This document shows, one piece after another, positions 1 to 8,026 of a stretch of DNA of 32,000 nt. The stretch is from Candidatus Electronema halotolerans (GTDB lineage: Bacteria; Desulfobacterota; Desulfobulbia; Desulfobulbales; Desulfobulbaceae). Below the pieces are notes generated by a model that ran no database searches, was not told the DNA's origin, and saw nothing but the letters and a program-made list of their open reading frames with translations. Position 1 is the first letter of the stretch. The number at the start of each line of letters is the position of its first letter. The stretch is from the NCBI GenBank assembly GCA_942493095.1, contig OW818675.1:150001-182000 (forward strand), given 5' to 3'. The translations under genes were made by a program, and so were the position numbers.

Positions 1-321
1 CCGAGGACTGATTATGCTGAAAATATCTATTGGGTTTATGGAGTGGTGCTAAAAGAAGATATTTTCTGCAATGCAGCGGAAATCATAACTCATCTTGGCA
101 ATGAGGGAATAGGCACGCGTCCTTTTTTTTACCCAATGCATCAACAGCCTGTTTTTCAAAAAATGGGTTTGTTTAACAAGGAATGTCATCCTGTGGCGGA
201 ACGTTTGGCTGAAAGGGGATTCTATCTGCCCAGTGGTCTTGCTTTGGAGGAAAAACAAATTAGACATGCGGCAGAGATCACAAAGTGTTCTTTGAAAAAG
301 ATAATTCAAAATATTAAATAA
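1..321 (+). CDS. DegT/DnrJ/EryC1/StrS-family PLP-dependent sugar aminotransferase, C-terminal part (5' end outside window)
   Basis: Frame 1 is open from base 1 (PRTDYAENIYWVYGVVLKED...), so the Met at 43 in the ORF track is internal. The C-terminal motifs GIGTRPFFYPMHQQPVF and ERGFYLPSG are typical of this family. Stop TAA 319-321. Confidence 0.85.
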   Translation, partial: PRTDYAENIYWVYGVVLKEDIFCNAAEIITHLGNEGIGTRPFFYPMHQQPVFQKMGLFNKECHPVAERLAERGFYLPSGLALEEKQIRHAAEITKCSLKKIIQNIK

Positions 322-322
322 G

Positions 323-469
323 ATGAAAACGCAACAGGATTTATCAGGGTTAATTCCAGTCTTTACAAAAAAGTTTGGAGAATTGAACAGAGATAAAATT
401 TTTTATGTAATACGGCAGCCTGAACAGAATCGAGGTTTGTTTTCTTTATTTCGTGGATTCAAGTTGTAA
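323..469 (+). pseudogene. 48-codon 5' remnant of an unidentified gene, apparently cut by the IS30-family insertion
   Basis: ATG lies 2 nt after the upstream stop (operon-like spacing). It reads MKTQQDLSGLIPVFTKKFGELNRDKIFYVIRQPEQNRGLFSLFRGFKL* and stops where IS-like sequence starts. Too short for a complete protein, below the ORF-track cutoff, and no family recognised. Confidence 0.35.
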
Positions 470-1457
470 GTGCAACTTTTGCTGGTTTGAAAAAAGAGTG
501 AGTTGTGGTAGTATGATGGCTCATTTCTCACCACCAAGCAAGAGGAGCGCGCATGCACAGCTACACACAACTCACCGAATCAGAACGTAACCAAATTTAT
601 GCTTTGAAGCAAGCAGGATTTAAACCATCCGCCATAGCCTTGCAGCTTAGTCGGCATCCGTCAACCATCTATAGAGAATTACGACGCAATCGTGGTCTTC
701 GTGGATATCGTCCCCGACAGGCGCAGCAGATGGCTGACAATCGCCGCCGTGAAAAGGTGAAGCCGAAAATTCCTGAAGAGGTTTGGTGTATTGTCAATGA
801 TCTCATAGAGAAAGACTGGAGTCCCGAACAAATCAGCGGCTGGCTGGCTGCTGAGAAAAATATGCGGATCAGCCATGAGCGCATTTATCAACACATCGCC
901 CGCGACAGGAAGCAAGGAGGAAACTTGCATCTTCACTTACGCTGCCGAAAGAAAAGAAAAAAACGTTATGGAAGCACTGACCGGCGGGGTCAGATCAGAA
1001 ATCGTGTGTCGATAGACAATCGGCCTGATATTGTTGAAGAACGATCCAGAATTGGTGATTGGGAGGCAGATACGATCATCGGTCGTCGCGGCGGGGCTGT
1101 CCTTGTCACGTTGGTTGAGCACAAATCCCGTTTCAGCGTTATTGCCCTTGCGCCGGACAAACGGGCGGACAGTGTCACACAGGCTCTTGCCGGAGCACTG
1201 CTCCCATATCAGGAACAAGTTCACACCATAACGTGCGATAACGGCAAGGAATTTTCTTTTCATGAGGAGTTCTCCGCCGCGCTTCAGGCTGAATGCTTCT
1301 TCGCTCACCCTTATCAGGCTTGGGAACGGGGACTTAATGAGAATACGAACGGACTTATACGCCAATATCTCCCAAAAGGAACTGATTTCGACATGTTGAG
1401 CCAGCAAGACATCAACTTGATCATGGATAATCTCAACAACAGGCCAAGAAAATCTCT
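455..1457 (+). mobile_element. IS30-family insertion sequence, right end missing (left boundary approximate)
   Basis: Contains the IS30-type transposase gene. The right side is cut precisely by the ISL3 left inverted repeat starting at 1458. The left end is inferred only from where the 323-469 ORF breaks down; no matching right IR remains to confirm it. Confidence 0.6.
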
Positions 1458-1470
1458 GGCTCTCCGATAA
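553..1470 (+). CDS. IS30-family DDE transposase, C-terminus truncated by ISL3 insertion at 1457/1458
   Basis: N-terminal HTH (LTESERNQIYALKQAGFKPSAIALQLSRHPSTIYRELRRN). DDE core signatures GDWEADTIIG, ITCDNGKEF and RGLNENTNGLIRQYLPKG. The last codons (..ALR*) are read from the ISL3 inverted repeat, so roughly 20-25 residues and the right IR are absent. Confidence 0.9.
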   Translation: MHSYTQLTESERNQIYALKQAGFKPSAIALQLSRHPSTIYRELRRNRGLRGYRPRQAQQMADNRRREKVKPKIPEEVWCIVNDLIEKDWSPEQISGWLAAEKNMRISHERIYQHIARDRKQGGNLHLHLRCRKKRKKRYGSTDRRGQIRNRVSIDNRPDIVEERSRIGDWEADTIIGRRGGAVLVTLVEHKSRFSVIALAPDKRADSVTQALAGALLPYQEQVHTITCDNGKEFSFHEEFSAALQAECFFAHPYQAWERGLNENTNGLIRQYLPKGTDFDMLSQQDINLIMDNLNNRPRKSLALR

Positions 1471-1548
1471 TTTCCGGGGTTGTAATTCCAGTGCTTTTAA
1501 TGGATAATACGTTACCTATCCTTGTAACAAAATTGTTAGCAGAATCTC

Positions 1549-1997
1549 ATGGGAATTGAGTTAGATTTAGAATTACCTGACGTTGAAGTTTTAAGAAGTT
1601 TTCGTGACAACAAAGGAAATTATGTCATTGAGCTTCAAAGCACAAAGAAAAGCGGCATCTGCCGAAAATGCGGTAAAAAGATACGAAACTTCAAAGGGTA
1701 TGGTGAATGGATTATGATCCGACATTTACCTATCCTTGGAAGGGAAGTTTATCTGAAAATCCGACCACGCCGTTATCAATGTTTAGAGTGTGACAATGAA
1801 CCGACAACAACAGAAGAATTTTCATGGCGTTCACCAGGAAAATCTTACACAAGGGCATATCAAGACCATGTCTTGCGATGTTTAATAAACAGCAGCGTGA
1901 AAGATGTCTGTTCAAAGGAAAATTTAGGGGAAAAGCATCTGGAAGCAATGTTGTCAGAGTCCTGTTTTGGTGAAAATCCGCTTGATCATATTTCATA
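1549..1997 (+). pseudogene. ISL3 transposase fragment 1 of 3 (N-terminal zinc-finger/HTH part)
   Basis: CRKCG...CLEC zinc-finger spacing and the ISL3-type N-terminus. The reading frame is broken at 1997/1998 by a 125-bp insertion, and the ORF-track tail 1998-2175 is read-through of that insert. Confidence 0.85.
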
Positions 1998-2122
1998 TAG
2001 CAGTTACGAGTTGGACAGTTACCAAATATCCTTGCCTTGTCAAAAGTTTTATCTATTTAAATTCAACTTATTACGTGCTTATCGGCATGTTGAACTGATC
2101 GCCATTTCGCGTGTAACCGCTA
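1998..2122. mobile_element. 125-bp MITE-like insertion with TA target duplication
   Basis: Termini are TAGCAGTTAC (1998-2007) and GTAACCGCTA (2113-2122), 9/10 inverted match. It is flanked by TA at 1996-1997 and 2123-2124 and has no ORF. Deleting 1998-2124 (127 nt) joins ..LDHISY to IGTLGLDEIALKKGH in frame. Confidence 0.75.
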
Positions 2123-2124
2123 TA

Positions 2125-2818
2125 CATTGGAACCTTGGGCTTGGACGAAATTGCATTGAAGAAAGGCCATCGTGACTTTGTCGTTATTGTCAGTTCACGA
2201 CATGAGGGGCGGACTCAATTGCTCCACGTTCTTCCTGATCGTAAAAAAGAGACTGTTTGTGAGTTTCTCAAGCTCATCCCGGATGCACTCAAAACCACAA
2301 TTCATGACGTTGCGACAGATATGTATGAAGGATATTTGAATGCAGCCAAAGAGACTCTTGGTGAATCCGTTGAAATTGTTGTCGATAGATTTCATGTTGC
2401 CCAGTCTTACCGAAACAGTGCTGATTCCATCAGAAAACAAGAACAAAAACGGCTTAAAAAAGAGCTGTCTGAAAAAGATTATAAACAGCTTAAAGGATTA
2501 TTATGGGCTTTTAGAAAGAACCCTGGCAAACTGACGGAAACAGAAAAATGTATTCTTGAAACAGCATTTGGATATAGTCCAGATTTGAAAGAGGCCTATC
2601 AACTCAGAAATGATTTGACTGATATTTTTGATAAAGCTTATACAAAACAGGAAGCTGTCGCAGAATTCAAGAAATGGGAAGAAAATGTCATTGAAAGTGG
2701 TTTAAATTGTTATGATTCCTTTATAAAAACTCTAAACTTGTTTCAATCGCAGATTGCTAATTATTTTAATAACCGTTCAAACAGTGGCTTTGTTGAGGGG
2801 TTTAACAATAAAATCAAA
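2125..2818 (+). pseudogene. ISL3 transposase fragment 2 of 3 (DDE catalytic region)
   Basis: LGLDEIALKKGHRDFVVIV, ATDMYEGY, VVDRFHV and GFVEGFNNKIK are classic DDE_Tnp_ISL3 signatures. Interrupted after ..NNKIK at 2818. Confidence 0.88.
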
Positions 2819-3017
2819 GTAACTACTCAGCCACTAAATAGCGACACATAGAACCGTTTAAACCACAACATATTGTGTTTTTATCTGAAAAACACGAAGA
2901 AATCAGGTGAAAAACAGGACTTCCAAGCTACCAGAAAACAAGCTTATTTTGCATAAAAATACAACATGCAGTGGTTTCAGTCGTAAATAAATCTACATCC
3001 GGTGGCTGAGTAGTTAC
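2819..3017. mobile_element. 199-bp non-autonomous element with IS66-type GTAA termini
   Basis: Perfect 16-bp terminal inverted repeat: GTAACTACTCAGCCAC at 2819-2834 and its reverse complement at 3002-3017. No ORF. The first 12-14 nt match the termini of the adjacent IS66-family element. AAATCAAA at 2811-2818 recurs at 4628-4635 as the 8-bp target duplication. Confidence 0.75.
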
Positions 3018-3051
3018 AAATCAGTAACTACTCAGGCATCCGCCAAGCCTC

Positions 3052-4560
3052 TTGACAAAATCAACAGGTAAAGATTATGCTGCCGTTATGAATTTCAGTG
3101 TTCCTAGTGAAAAAGAAGTCCGTGCTGCATACGCAGAAGGCGAAGAAGCGGTCGTCGCCCTGTTTAGCAGTATAACTGCGCAGGTTGAAAACCTCGCCGC
3201 TCAGTCAGCCAAGCAGTCCGAGATATTGAAGGATTTGCAGGCCCGGCTGTCGAAAAACAGTCGGAACAGCGGGAAACCGCCTTCGAGCGATGGATACGGT
3301 AAAGCGAAGCGAACGGAAAGTCTGAGAGAGTCCGGCAGGAAGCCGAACGGCGGCCAGCCAGGTCATCAAGGGCATACTCTTGAGCGGTCTGCGGCGCCGG
3401 ATTCTACGGAGAGGTATAAATCCGAGGAATGCGCGGCTTGCAAAATGTCGCTTGCGGATGTCGTCGCTGTCGGAGAGGAGGAACGGCAGGTTTATGATAT
3501 TCCGGCGATTCGGATTGAAGTGACCTCGCATCGAGCGGAAATAAAAATCTGTCCCGGCTGCGGCACGGAAAACAGAGGCAAATTCCCGGAAAACGTCGGA
3601 CAGGGCATCCGTTACGGCACGGGGGTGAAAACTTGGGCGGCATATTTCGCGAACCAGCATCATATTCCGCTTGAACGGGCTGCGCAGATTATCGAAGACC
3701 TGACCGGGCATTCCGTCTCCGAGGGTTCGCTGCTGAAGGCATCGGAAGAGCTTTGCGGATGCGTGCGTCCTTCAACGGAAGCAGTCGAAAAACTGCTCAT
3801 GAATACCGATGTGTTACATGCCGATGAAAGCGGAGTCCGCGTGAAAGGGAAGCTGCACTGGCTGCATGTCGCTTCGACGAACTGCCTCACCCATTATTCG
3901 GTGCATGAAAAACGGGGAAAAGAGGCGATGGACGCAGCGGGAATCCTTGGAAAGTTCACAGGAACAGCGACGCATGATCATTGGAAATCGTACTTCAGCT
4001 ATGAAAACTGCGGTCATGCGCTGTGCAATGCGCATCATCTCCGGGAACTCAAGTTCATAGAAAAACAGTACGGACAAGTTTGGGCCGGCGAGATGGCCGA
4101 GCTGCTGCTTGAAATAAAAGGCGCGGCTGAAAAGCTGAAGCCGGATCGGGACGGCTTCACGCCGGAGAAGATCGAAGAATTTGAGCGGCGGTATGATGAA
4201 ATCGTCCGACGGGGTTTTGCCGACAATCCGTTCACTCCGCCTAAGGAGAAAAAACGAGGACGGGTGAAGAAGACTCCGCCGCTCAATTTGCTGACACGGA
4301 TGCGTGATTACAGGGCGGAGACCCTCGCATTCATGTATGATTTCCGGGTTCCGTTCGACAACAACGCGGCGGAAAGAGATGTGCGGATGATCAAGGTCAA
4401 GCAGAAGGTTTCCGGCTGCTTCCGAACACTTGAGGGGGCAGAACGATTCGCCTGTATCCGGGGATATATCTCCACGGTCCGTAAAAATTCAAGAAACATT
4501 TTTGAAGCGATCAAAGATGCTTTCCTTGGAAGTCCTTTTATCCCCGATTCCGCAGTATAA
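3052..4560 (+). CDS. IS66-family transposase (TnpC-like)
   Basis: Coiled-coil N-terminus followed by SKNSRNSGKPPSSDG, the zinc-finger CxxC...CPGCG, and a DDE region (LHADESGVRV, THDHWKSY, NNAAERDVR). The track start is TTG 3052; ATG 3088 (MNFSVPSEKE...) is the more likely start. Confidence 0.92.
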   Translation: MTKSTGKDYAAVMNFSVPSEKEVRAAYAEGEEAVVALFSSITAQVENLAAQSAKQSEILKDLQARLSKNSRNSGKPPSSDGYGKAKRTESLRESGRKPNGGQPGHQGHTLERSAAPDSTERYKSEECAACKMSLADVVAVGEEERQVYDIPAIRIEVTSHRAEIKICPGCGTENRGKFPENVGQGIRYGTGVKTWAAYFANQHHIPLERAAQIIEDLTGHSVSEGSLLKASEELCGCVRPSTEAVEKLLMNTDVLHADESGVRVKGKLHWLHVASTNCLTHYSVHEKRGKEAMDAAGILGKFTGTATHDHWKSYFSYENCGHALCNAHHLRELKFIEKQYGQVWAGEMAELLLEIKGAAEKLKPDRDGFTPEKIEEFERRYDEIVRRGFADNPFTPPKEKKRGRVKKTPPLNLLTRMRDYRAETLAFMYDFRVPFDNNAAERDVRMIKVKQKVSGCFRTLEGAERFACIRGYISTVRKNSRNIFEAIKDAFLGSPFIPDSAV

Positions 4561-4569
4561 AAAACGAGT

Positions 4570-4606
4570 AAGGCCGTCTTCAGCACTTCTGAAAACGGCC
4601 TTTTTT
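4570..4606 (+). terminator. Rho-independent terminator just inside the IS66 right end
   Basis: AAGGCCGT (4570-4577) pairs with ACGGCCTT (4595-4602). An inner TTCAG/CTGAA extension adds to the stem, and a T-run continues to 4606. Begins 10 nt after the transposase stop. Confidence 0.8.
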
Positions 4607-4635
4607 GTCAGGCTGAGTAGTTACTACAAATCAAA

Positions 4636-4734
4636 GTTATCAAACGAAGATGCTATGGAATTTTCAATATTAAACACCTGAGACAACGAATTCTATTGGA
4701 TACTTTAGGGCCGACGCTCTTATTCACAGAATAA
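4636..4734 (+). pseudogene. ISL3 transposase fragment 3 of 3 (C-terminus)
   Basis: Reads VIKRRCYGIFNIKHLRQRILLDTLGPTLLFTE*, continuing ..NNKIK from 2818 in frame. The pieces 449 + 694 + 99 nt sum to 1242 nt, i.e. 413 codons plus stop, a normal ISL3 transposase length. Confidence 0.85.
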
Positions 4735-4774
4735 CGATTTTGTCAACCACAGAAAAACTCGGAGAGCCTAAATT

Positions 4775-6199
4775 GTGAGCAGTAATTTTTTCCGCAGGAG
4801 AAAGCTGTGACCGCCCCGTTCCATTGTGAAAATTTTGAGATAAGCGAGGAAGACCTTGCCGCTACACCTCCTGCGGTGCGGAAGCTGCTGTCTTTTTTGA
4901 TCGCTGAGGTAACGCGGCTGAGAAAACGGGTCGAAGAGCTTGAGGCGAAACTCGGCGAAGATTCCTCGAACTCGAACAGGCCGCCTTCTTCCGACTCTCC
5001 GTTTACAGAAAAACGGCAGAGAGATCAGGCGCGGAAGCCTCGGAAAAAACGGCGTGGATATCGTCAGGAACTGATGCCGCCGATAGAAACGCAAAAAATG
5101 TATCCTTCCGCCTGCTCGTGCGGTTGCGGCAAATTCAAAAACATACGGTCATATTATACGCATCAGCATATTGAACTGCCGGAAATCGTGATGCAGGTCA
5201 CGCATTTTACTCTTTATAAAGGGGAATGCGCCGCCTGCGGCAAAACCGTCAGAGGCCGAGTTCCCGATGAATTCAGAACCGGTTTCGGGGCGCGGTTCAC
5301 CGCGCTGACCGCCGAACTGAGCGGCATGGACGGCAGCAGCCGGGGAACTGTGCGGAAGTTCATCCGTTCGGTGCTCGGCGTTCCTATCAGCACCGGTGCG
5401 GTGCAGAAGATCATTGACCAAGCTCCGGCGGCTGTCGCGCCGCACTATGAGGCCATTTGGGCTGCCGTCACAAGCGGGGATGTCGGGCATATTGATGAAA
5501 CGACGTGGAAAACTGGCGGCAGACTGCGCTGGTTATGGGTTATGGCGAACCGGCAGGCCGCGTTCTTCATGATTCATCCGAAACGCTCCAAGGAAGCGTT
5601 TGAAGAACTGATCGGCGCTTGGAACGGCATTCTCATCAGCGACGGATACAACGTGTACCAAAAATGGGTCGGCAAGCGGCAAACTTGCCTCGCGCACCTG
5701 ATCCGCCGTGCCGACGGCCTTGCGGAACGCGCTGACCCTGAACTCGCCGCCTGCGGAAAATGGGCCGCTGCGGAACTGCGGCGGCTCTGCCGCATGGCGA
5801 AAGACCCGCCGACTGAAGGCGAACAGTCCGCATTTTATGCCCGGCTCTGCCGACTTATCCTACGCTGGCGCGATTGCGACAGTGATGCGGGGAGGTTTGT
5901 CCGTCATATTGACAAGGAAATGGAGGCGTTGTTCACTTTCTTGCTCGAAGAAGGCGTAGCGCCGACAAATAATCCAGCGGAACGGATGCTCCGCTTCGGC
6001 GTACTGTGGCGCAAACGGAGTCAGGGCACTGACAGCGACAAGGAAAACCGCTGGGTTGAACGAATCCTTTCCCTCCGGCAGACATGCCTGCTTCGGGGAA
6101 AATCCACTTTCGAGGTGCTCACCGAGGCCATGCGCTGCTATTTCAGAGGACAGATGCCGGATTTAAGCTGGGTCTGAGCGGTACCCTGTGATCGCTTAC
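4775..6199 (+). mobile_element. Second, sequence-unrelated IS66-family insertion sequence (single ORF)
   Basis: The right end ..CCCTGTGATCGCTTAC stops at 6199 (reverse complement GTAAGCGATCACAGGG, a GTAA terminus). The proposed left end GTGAGCAGTAATTTTTTCCGC at 4775 is only a loose match, so the left boundary is tentative. Flanks do not repeat, so there is no target duplication. Confidence 0.65.
4807..6177 (+). CDS. IS66-family transposase (TnpC-like), GTG start
   Basis: Leucine-zipper-like N-terminus (LRKRVEELEAKLGEDSSNSNRPPSSDSPF), a zinc-finger region (CSCGCG...CAACG), and DDE signatures (GHIDETTWK, LISDGYNVY, TNNPAERMLR). Confidence 0.9.
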   Translation: MTAPFHCENFEISEEDLAATPPAVRKLLSFLIAEVTRLRKRVEELEAKLGEDSSNSNRPPSSDSPFTEKRQRDQARKPRKKRRGYRQELMPPIETQKMYPSACSCGCGKFKNIRSYYTHQHIELPEIVMQVTHFTLYKGECAACGKTVRGRVPDEFRTGFGARFTALTAELSGMDGSSRGTVRKFIRSVLGVPISTGAVQKIIDQAPAAVAPHYEAIWAAVTSGDVGHIDETTWKTGGRLRWLWVMANRQAAFFMIHPKRSKEAFEELIGAWNGILISDGYNVYQKWVGKRQTCLAHLIRRADGLAERADPELAACGKWAAAELRRLCRMAKDPPTEGEQSAFYARLCRLILRWRDCDSDAGRFVRHIDKEMEALFTFLLEEGVAPTNNPAERMLRFGVLWRKRSQGTDSDKENRWVERILSLRQTCLLRGKSTFEVLTEAMRCYFRGQMPDLSWV

Positions 6200-6721
6200 G
6201 ATACAACGTGTACCAAAAATGGGTCGGCAAGCGGCAGACCTGCCTCGCACATCTGATCCGCCGGGCCGACGGCCTTGCGGAACGCGCTGATCCCGAACTC
6301 GCCGCCTGCGGAAAATGGGCCGCTGCGGAACTGCGGCGGCTATGCCAGATGGCCAAGGCTCCGCCGACCAAAGGCGAATGGTCCGCATTTTATGCCCGGC
6401 TCTGCCGACTTATCCTGCGCTGGCGCGACTGCGACAGTGATGCGGGGAGGTTTGTCCGCCATATTGAGAAGGAGATGGATGCGTTGTTCACTTTCCTGCT
6501 TGAGGAAGGCGTGGAGCCGACAAATAATCTGGCGGAACGGATGATCCGCTTCGGCGTTCTCTGGCGGAAACGGAGTCAGGGCACGAACAGCGGCAAGGGA
6601 AACCGCTGGGTCGAACGCATCCTTTCGCTCCGGCAGACATGCCTGCTCCGGGGAAAATCCACTTTCGAGACGCTCACCGAGGCCGTGCGCTGCTATTTCA
6701 GAGGACAGATGCCGGATTTAA
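6200..6721 (+). pseudogene. 3' fragment of a diverged second copy of the 4775-6199 IS66-family element
   Basis: Collinear with 5645-6166 of the complete copy. I counted about 14 amino-acid substitutions in ~170 aligned residues. It begins directly after the right terminus of the complete copy and is cut at 6721/6722 by an IS5-family element. ORF 6208-6855 is this fragment reading into the IS5 end. Confidence 0.85.
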
Positions 6722-6784
6722 GGGTTCCTCGAAAAATACAACATCCATTCTGCTGCATTTGTTTTGTTATTTTTTATTTTAATA

Positions 6785-6812
6785 TTGAAATTTCAGTCTA
6801 TTATGTTATAAT
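6785..6812 (+). promoter_or_regulatory. Candidate sigma70 promoter of the IS5 transposase
   Basis: TTGAAA (6785-6790), 16-nt spacer, TATAAT (6807-6812), about 40 nt upstream of ATG 6852. Confidence 0.5.
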
Positions 6813-6851
6813 TTCGGCATCAATTCAACTCATGCTGCCGGAGATGCACAG

Positions 6852-7865
6852 ATGAACCAACTTGGATTTTTTGATTTTTATATTCGTCTTTCCCGAATTG
6901 ACAAAGCAGGTGATCCTTTAGTTAAGATCAACAAGGCTATTGACTGGGAAATATTTCGGCCAATTCTTGAAGAAGCAAAAAGAAAGTCTGTGAAATCAAA
7001 TGCTGGAGCTAAAGGTTATGATTCAGTCATGATGTTCAAAATTTTAATTTTGCAATCATTATACAATCTTTCTGATAAAGGGATGGAATATCAAATTCTT
7101 GACAGATATTCGTTTTCCAGATTCCTTGGACTTCGGGCGGCTGACAAAGTTCCAGATGCGACAACGATATGGCTTTTTCGTGAAACTTTGACCAAAGCAG
7201 GAAAAATCGAGGAACTGTTTTCTGTTTTTGACGAATTTCTTGATGAAAATGGATATCAAGCCAGAAAAGGGCAGATAGTCGACGCTTCCATAGTCAACGC
7301 CCCGATCCAGCGTAACAGCCGCAAGGAAAACAAGCAGATCAAGAATGGTGAACAGCCTGAAGGATGGAGTGAGAATAAGCAGGCGCAGAAGGATACTGAT
7401 GCCCGTTGGACCAAAAAGAACGGCAGAAGCTTTTTTGGTTATAAAAATCATATATCTGTTGATGTGAAGCATAAATTCATCCGAAAATATGCGGTGACCA
7501 GCGCCGAGGTTCATGACAGCAATATTTTTGAGGAGCTGCTTGACCCTGACAACACCAGTCGGGATATCTATGCGGATTCGGCATACATATCTGAAAAAAA
7601 GCTCAACTGGTTGAACGAGAATGGATACAGAGAGCATCTGAACCGCAAAGGAACACGAAGCCGGAAACTGACCGAATGGGAGAAGCAGGGAAATCGGACA
7701 AGATCAAAAATTCGCTCCCGGATTGAACACGTCTTCGGCATCCAGGCGCAACGTGCTGGCAATATGATTCTCCGAGGAACAGGTTTCATTCGCGCTGCTG
7801 CGAAAATAGGCTTGAGAAACTTGACGTTCAATATTGACAGGTACGGAACTCTTAATAAAATTTAA
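6852..7865 (+). CDS. IS5-family (IS4/IS5 superfamily DDE) transposase
   Basis: The N-terminus MNQLGFFDF...DPLVKINKAIDWEIFRPILEEA and MMFKILILQSLYNLSD are typical of the IS5 group. DDE region: IVDASIV, YADSAY, RSRIEHVFG. Confidence 0.9.
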   Translation: MNQLGFFDFYIRLSRIDKAGDPLVKINKAIDWEIFRPILEEAKRKSVKSNAGAKGYDSVMMFKILILQSLYNLSDKGMEYQILDRYSFSRFLGLRAADKVPDATTIWLFRETLTKAGKIEELFSVFDEFLDENGYQARKGQIVDASIVNAPIQRNSRKENKQIKNGEQPEGWSENKQAQKDTDARWTKKNGRSFFGYKNHISVDVKHKFIRKYAVTSAEVHDSNIFEELLDPDNTSRDIYADSAYISEKKLNWLNENGYREHLNRKGTRSRKLTEWEKQGNRTRSKIRSRIEHVFGIQAQRAGNMILRGTGFIRAAAKIGLRNLTFNIDRYGTLNKI

Positions 7866-8026
7866 GATTTAAAAAAAAGAAACGCATTCAGGAACATATT
7901 TCAACGGAAGTTTGCTCAAAATAAATAAAAAACAGGAAATAACAATTTATGTATTTGAAATTTTCAACTGTCAAAGACACTATTGATAAGCTGAAAAAAC
8001 TTTATCTCGAATTTTTCGAGGTTCCC

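Larger units (their letters stand above)
3024..4624 (+). mobile_element. IS66-family insertion sequence, single-ORF type, 1601 bp
   Basis: Ends are GTAACTACTCAGGC (3024-3037) and GGCTGAGTAGTTAC (4611-4624). It is flanked by the direct repeat TACAAATCA at 3015-3023 and 4625-4633. There is no room for tnpA/tnpB between the left end and the transposase ORF. Confidence 0.85.
1458..4768 (+). mobile_element. ISL3-family insertion sequence carrying three nested insertions
   Basis: Terminal inverted repeats are GGCTCTCCGATAATTTCCGGGGTTG (1458-1482) and the reverse complement of 4744-4768 (GGCTCTCCGAGTTTTTCTGTGGTTG), 20/25 identical by hand count. The GGCTCT start is typical of ISL3. The flanking 8-mers (AAATCTCT vs TAAATTGT) do not match, so no target duplication is preserved. 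Confidence 0.85.
6722..8026 (+). mobile_element. IS5-family insertion sequence, 1305 bp, TTAA target duplication
   Basis: IRL is GGGTTCCTCGAAAAAT (6722-6737); the reverse complement of 8011-8026 is GGGAACCTCGAAAAAT (14/16). TTAA occurs at 6718-6721 and 8027-8030, whereas the uninterrupted copy has a single TTAA (..GGATTTAAGCTGGG.. near 6166). Confidence 0.9.

Noticed and set aside
937-1407. 156-aa minus-strand ORF within the IS30 transposase gene, and similar ORFs at 3205-3711 and 7059-7637 inside other transposase genes
   Set aside because: They are antisense to transposase ORFs with clear DDE motifs, have no recognisable domains, and are treated as chance or shadow ORFs.
1998-2175. C-terminal tail of ORF 1549-2175 and the TTG start of ORF 2135-2851, suggesting two separate ISL3 genes or a programmed frameshift
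   Set aside because: The frame break is explained by a 125-bp TA-flanked insertion, and excising it restores one continuous ISL3 transposase. There is no slippery-site evidence for programmed frameshifting.
2819-4624. Recurring 14-nt sequence GGCTGAGTAGTTAC / GTAACTACTCAG, considered as a possible CRISPR-like or regulatory repeat
   Set aside because: The copies occur as inverted pairs bounding a 199-bp element and a transposase-encoding element, each with target-site duplications. They are IS66-type termini, not direct repeats with spacers.
5574-6371. Two near-identical minus-strand ORFs (5574-5795 and 6138-6371), considered as a duplicated small gene
   Set aside because: Both are antisense shadows of the duplicated IS66-family transposase sequence, and their similarity just mirrors that duplication.
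6208-6855. 215-aa ORF that looks like a separate small transposase gene
   Set aside because: It is the 3' portion of a truncated IS66-family transposase, starting at an internal position. Its last ~45 codons are read-through into the IS5 left end. It is annotated as a pseudogene fragment instead.
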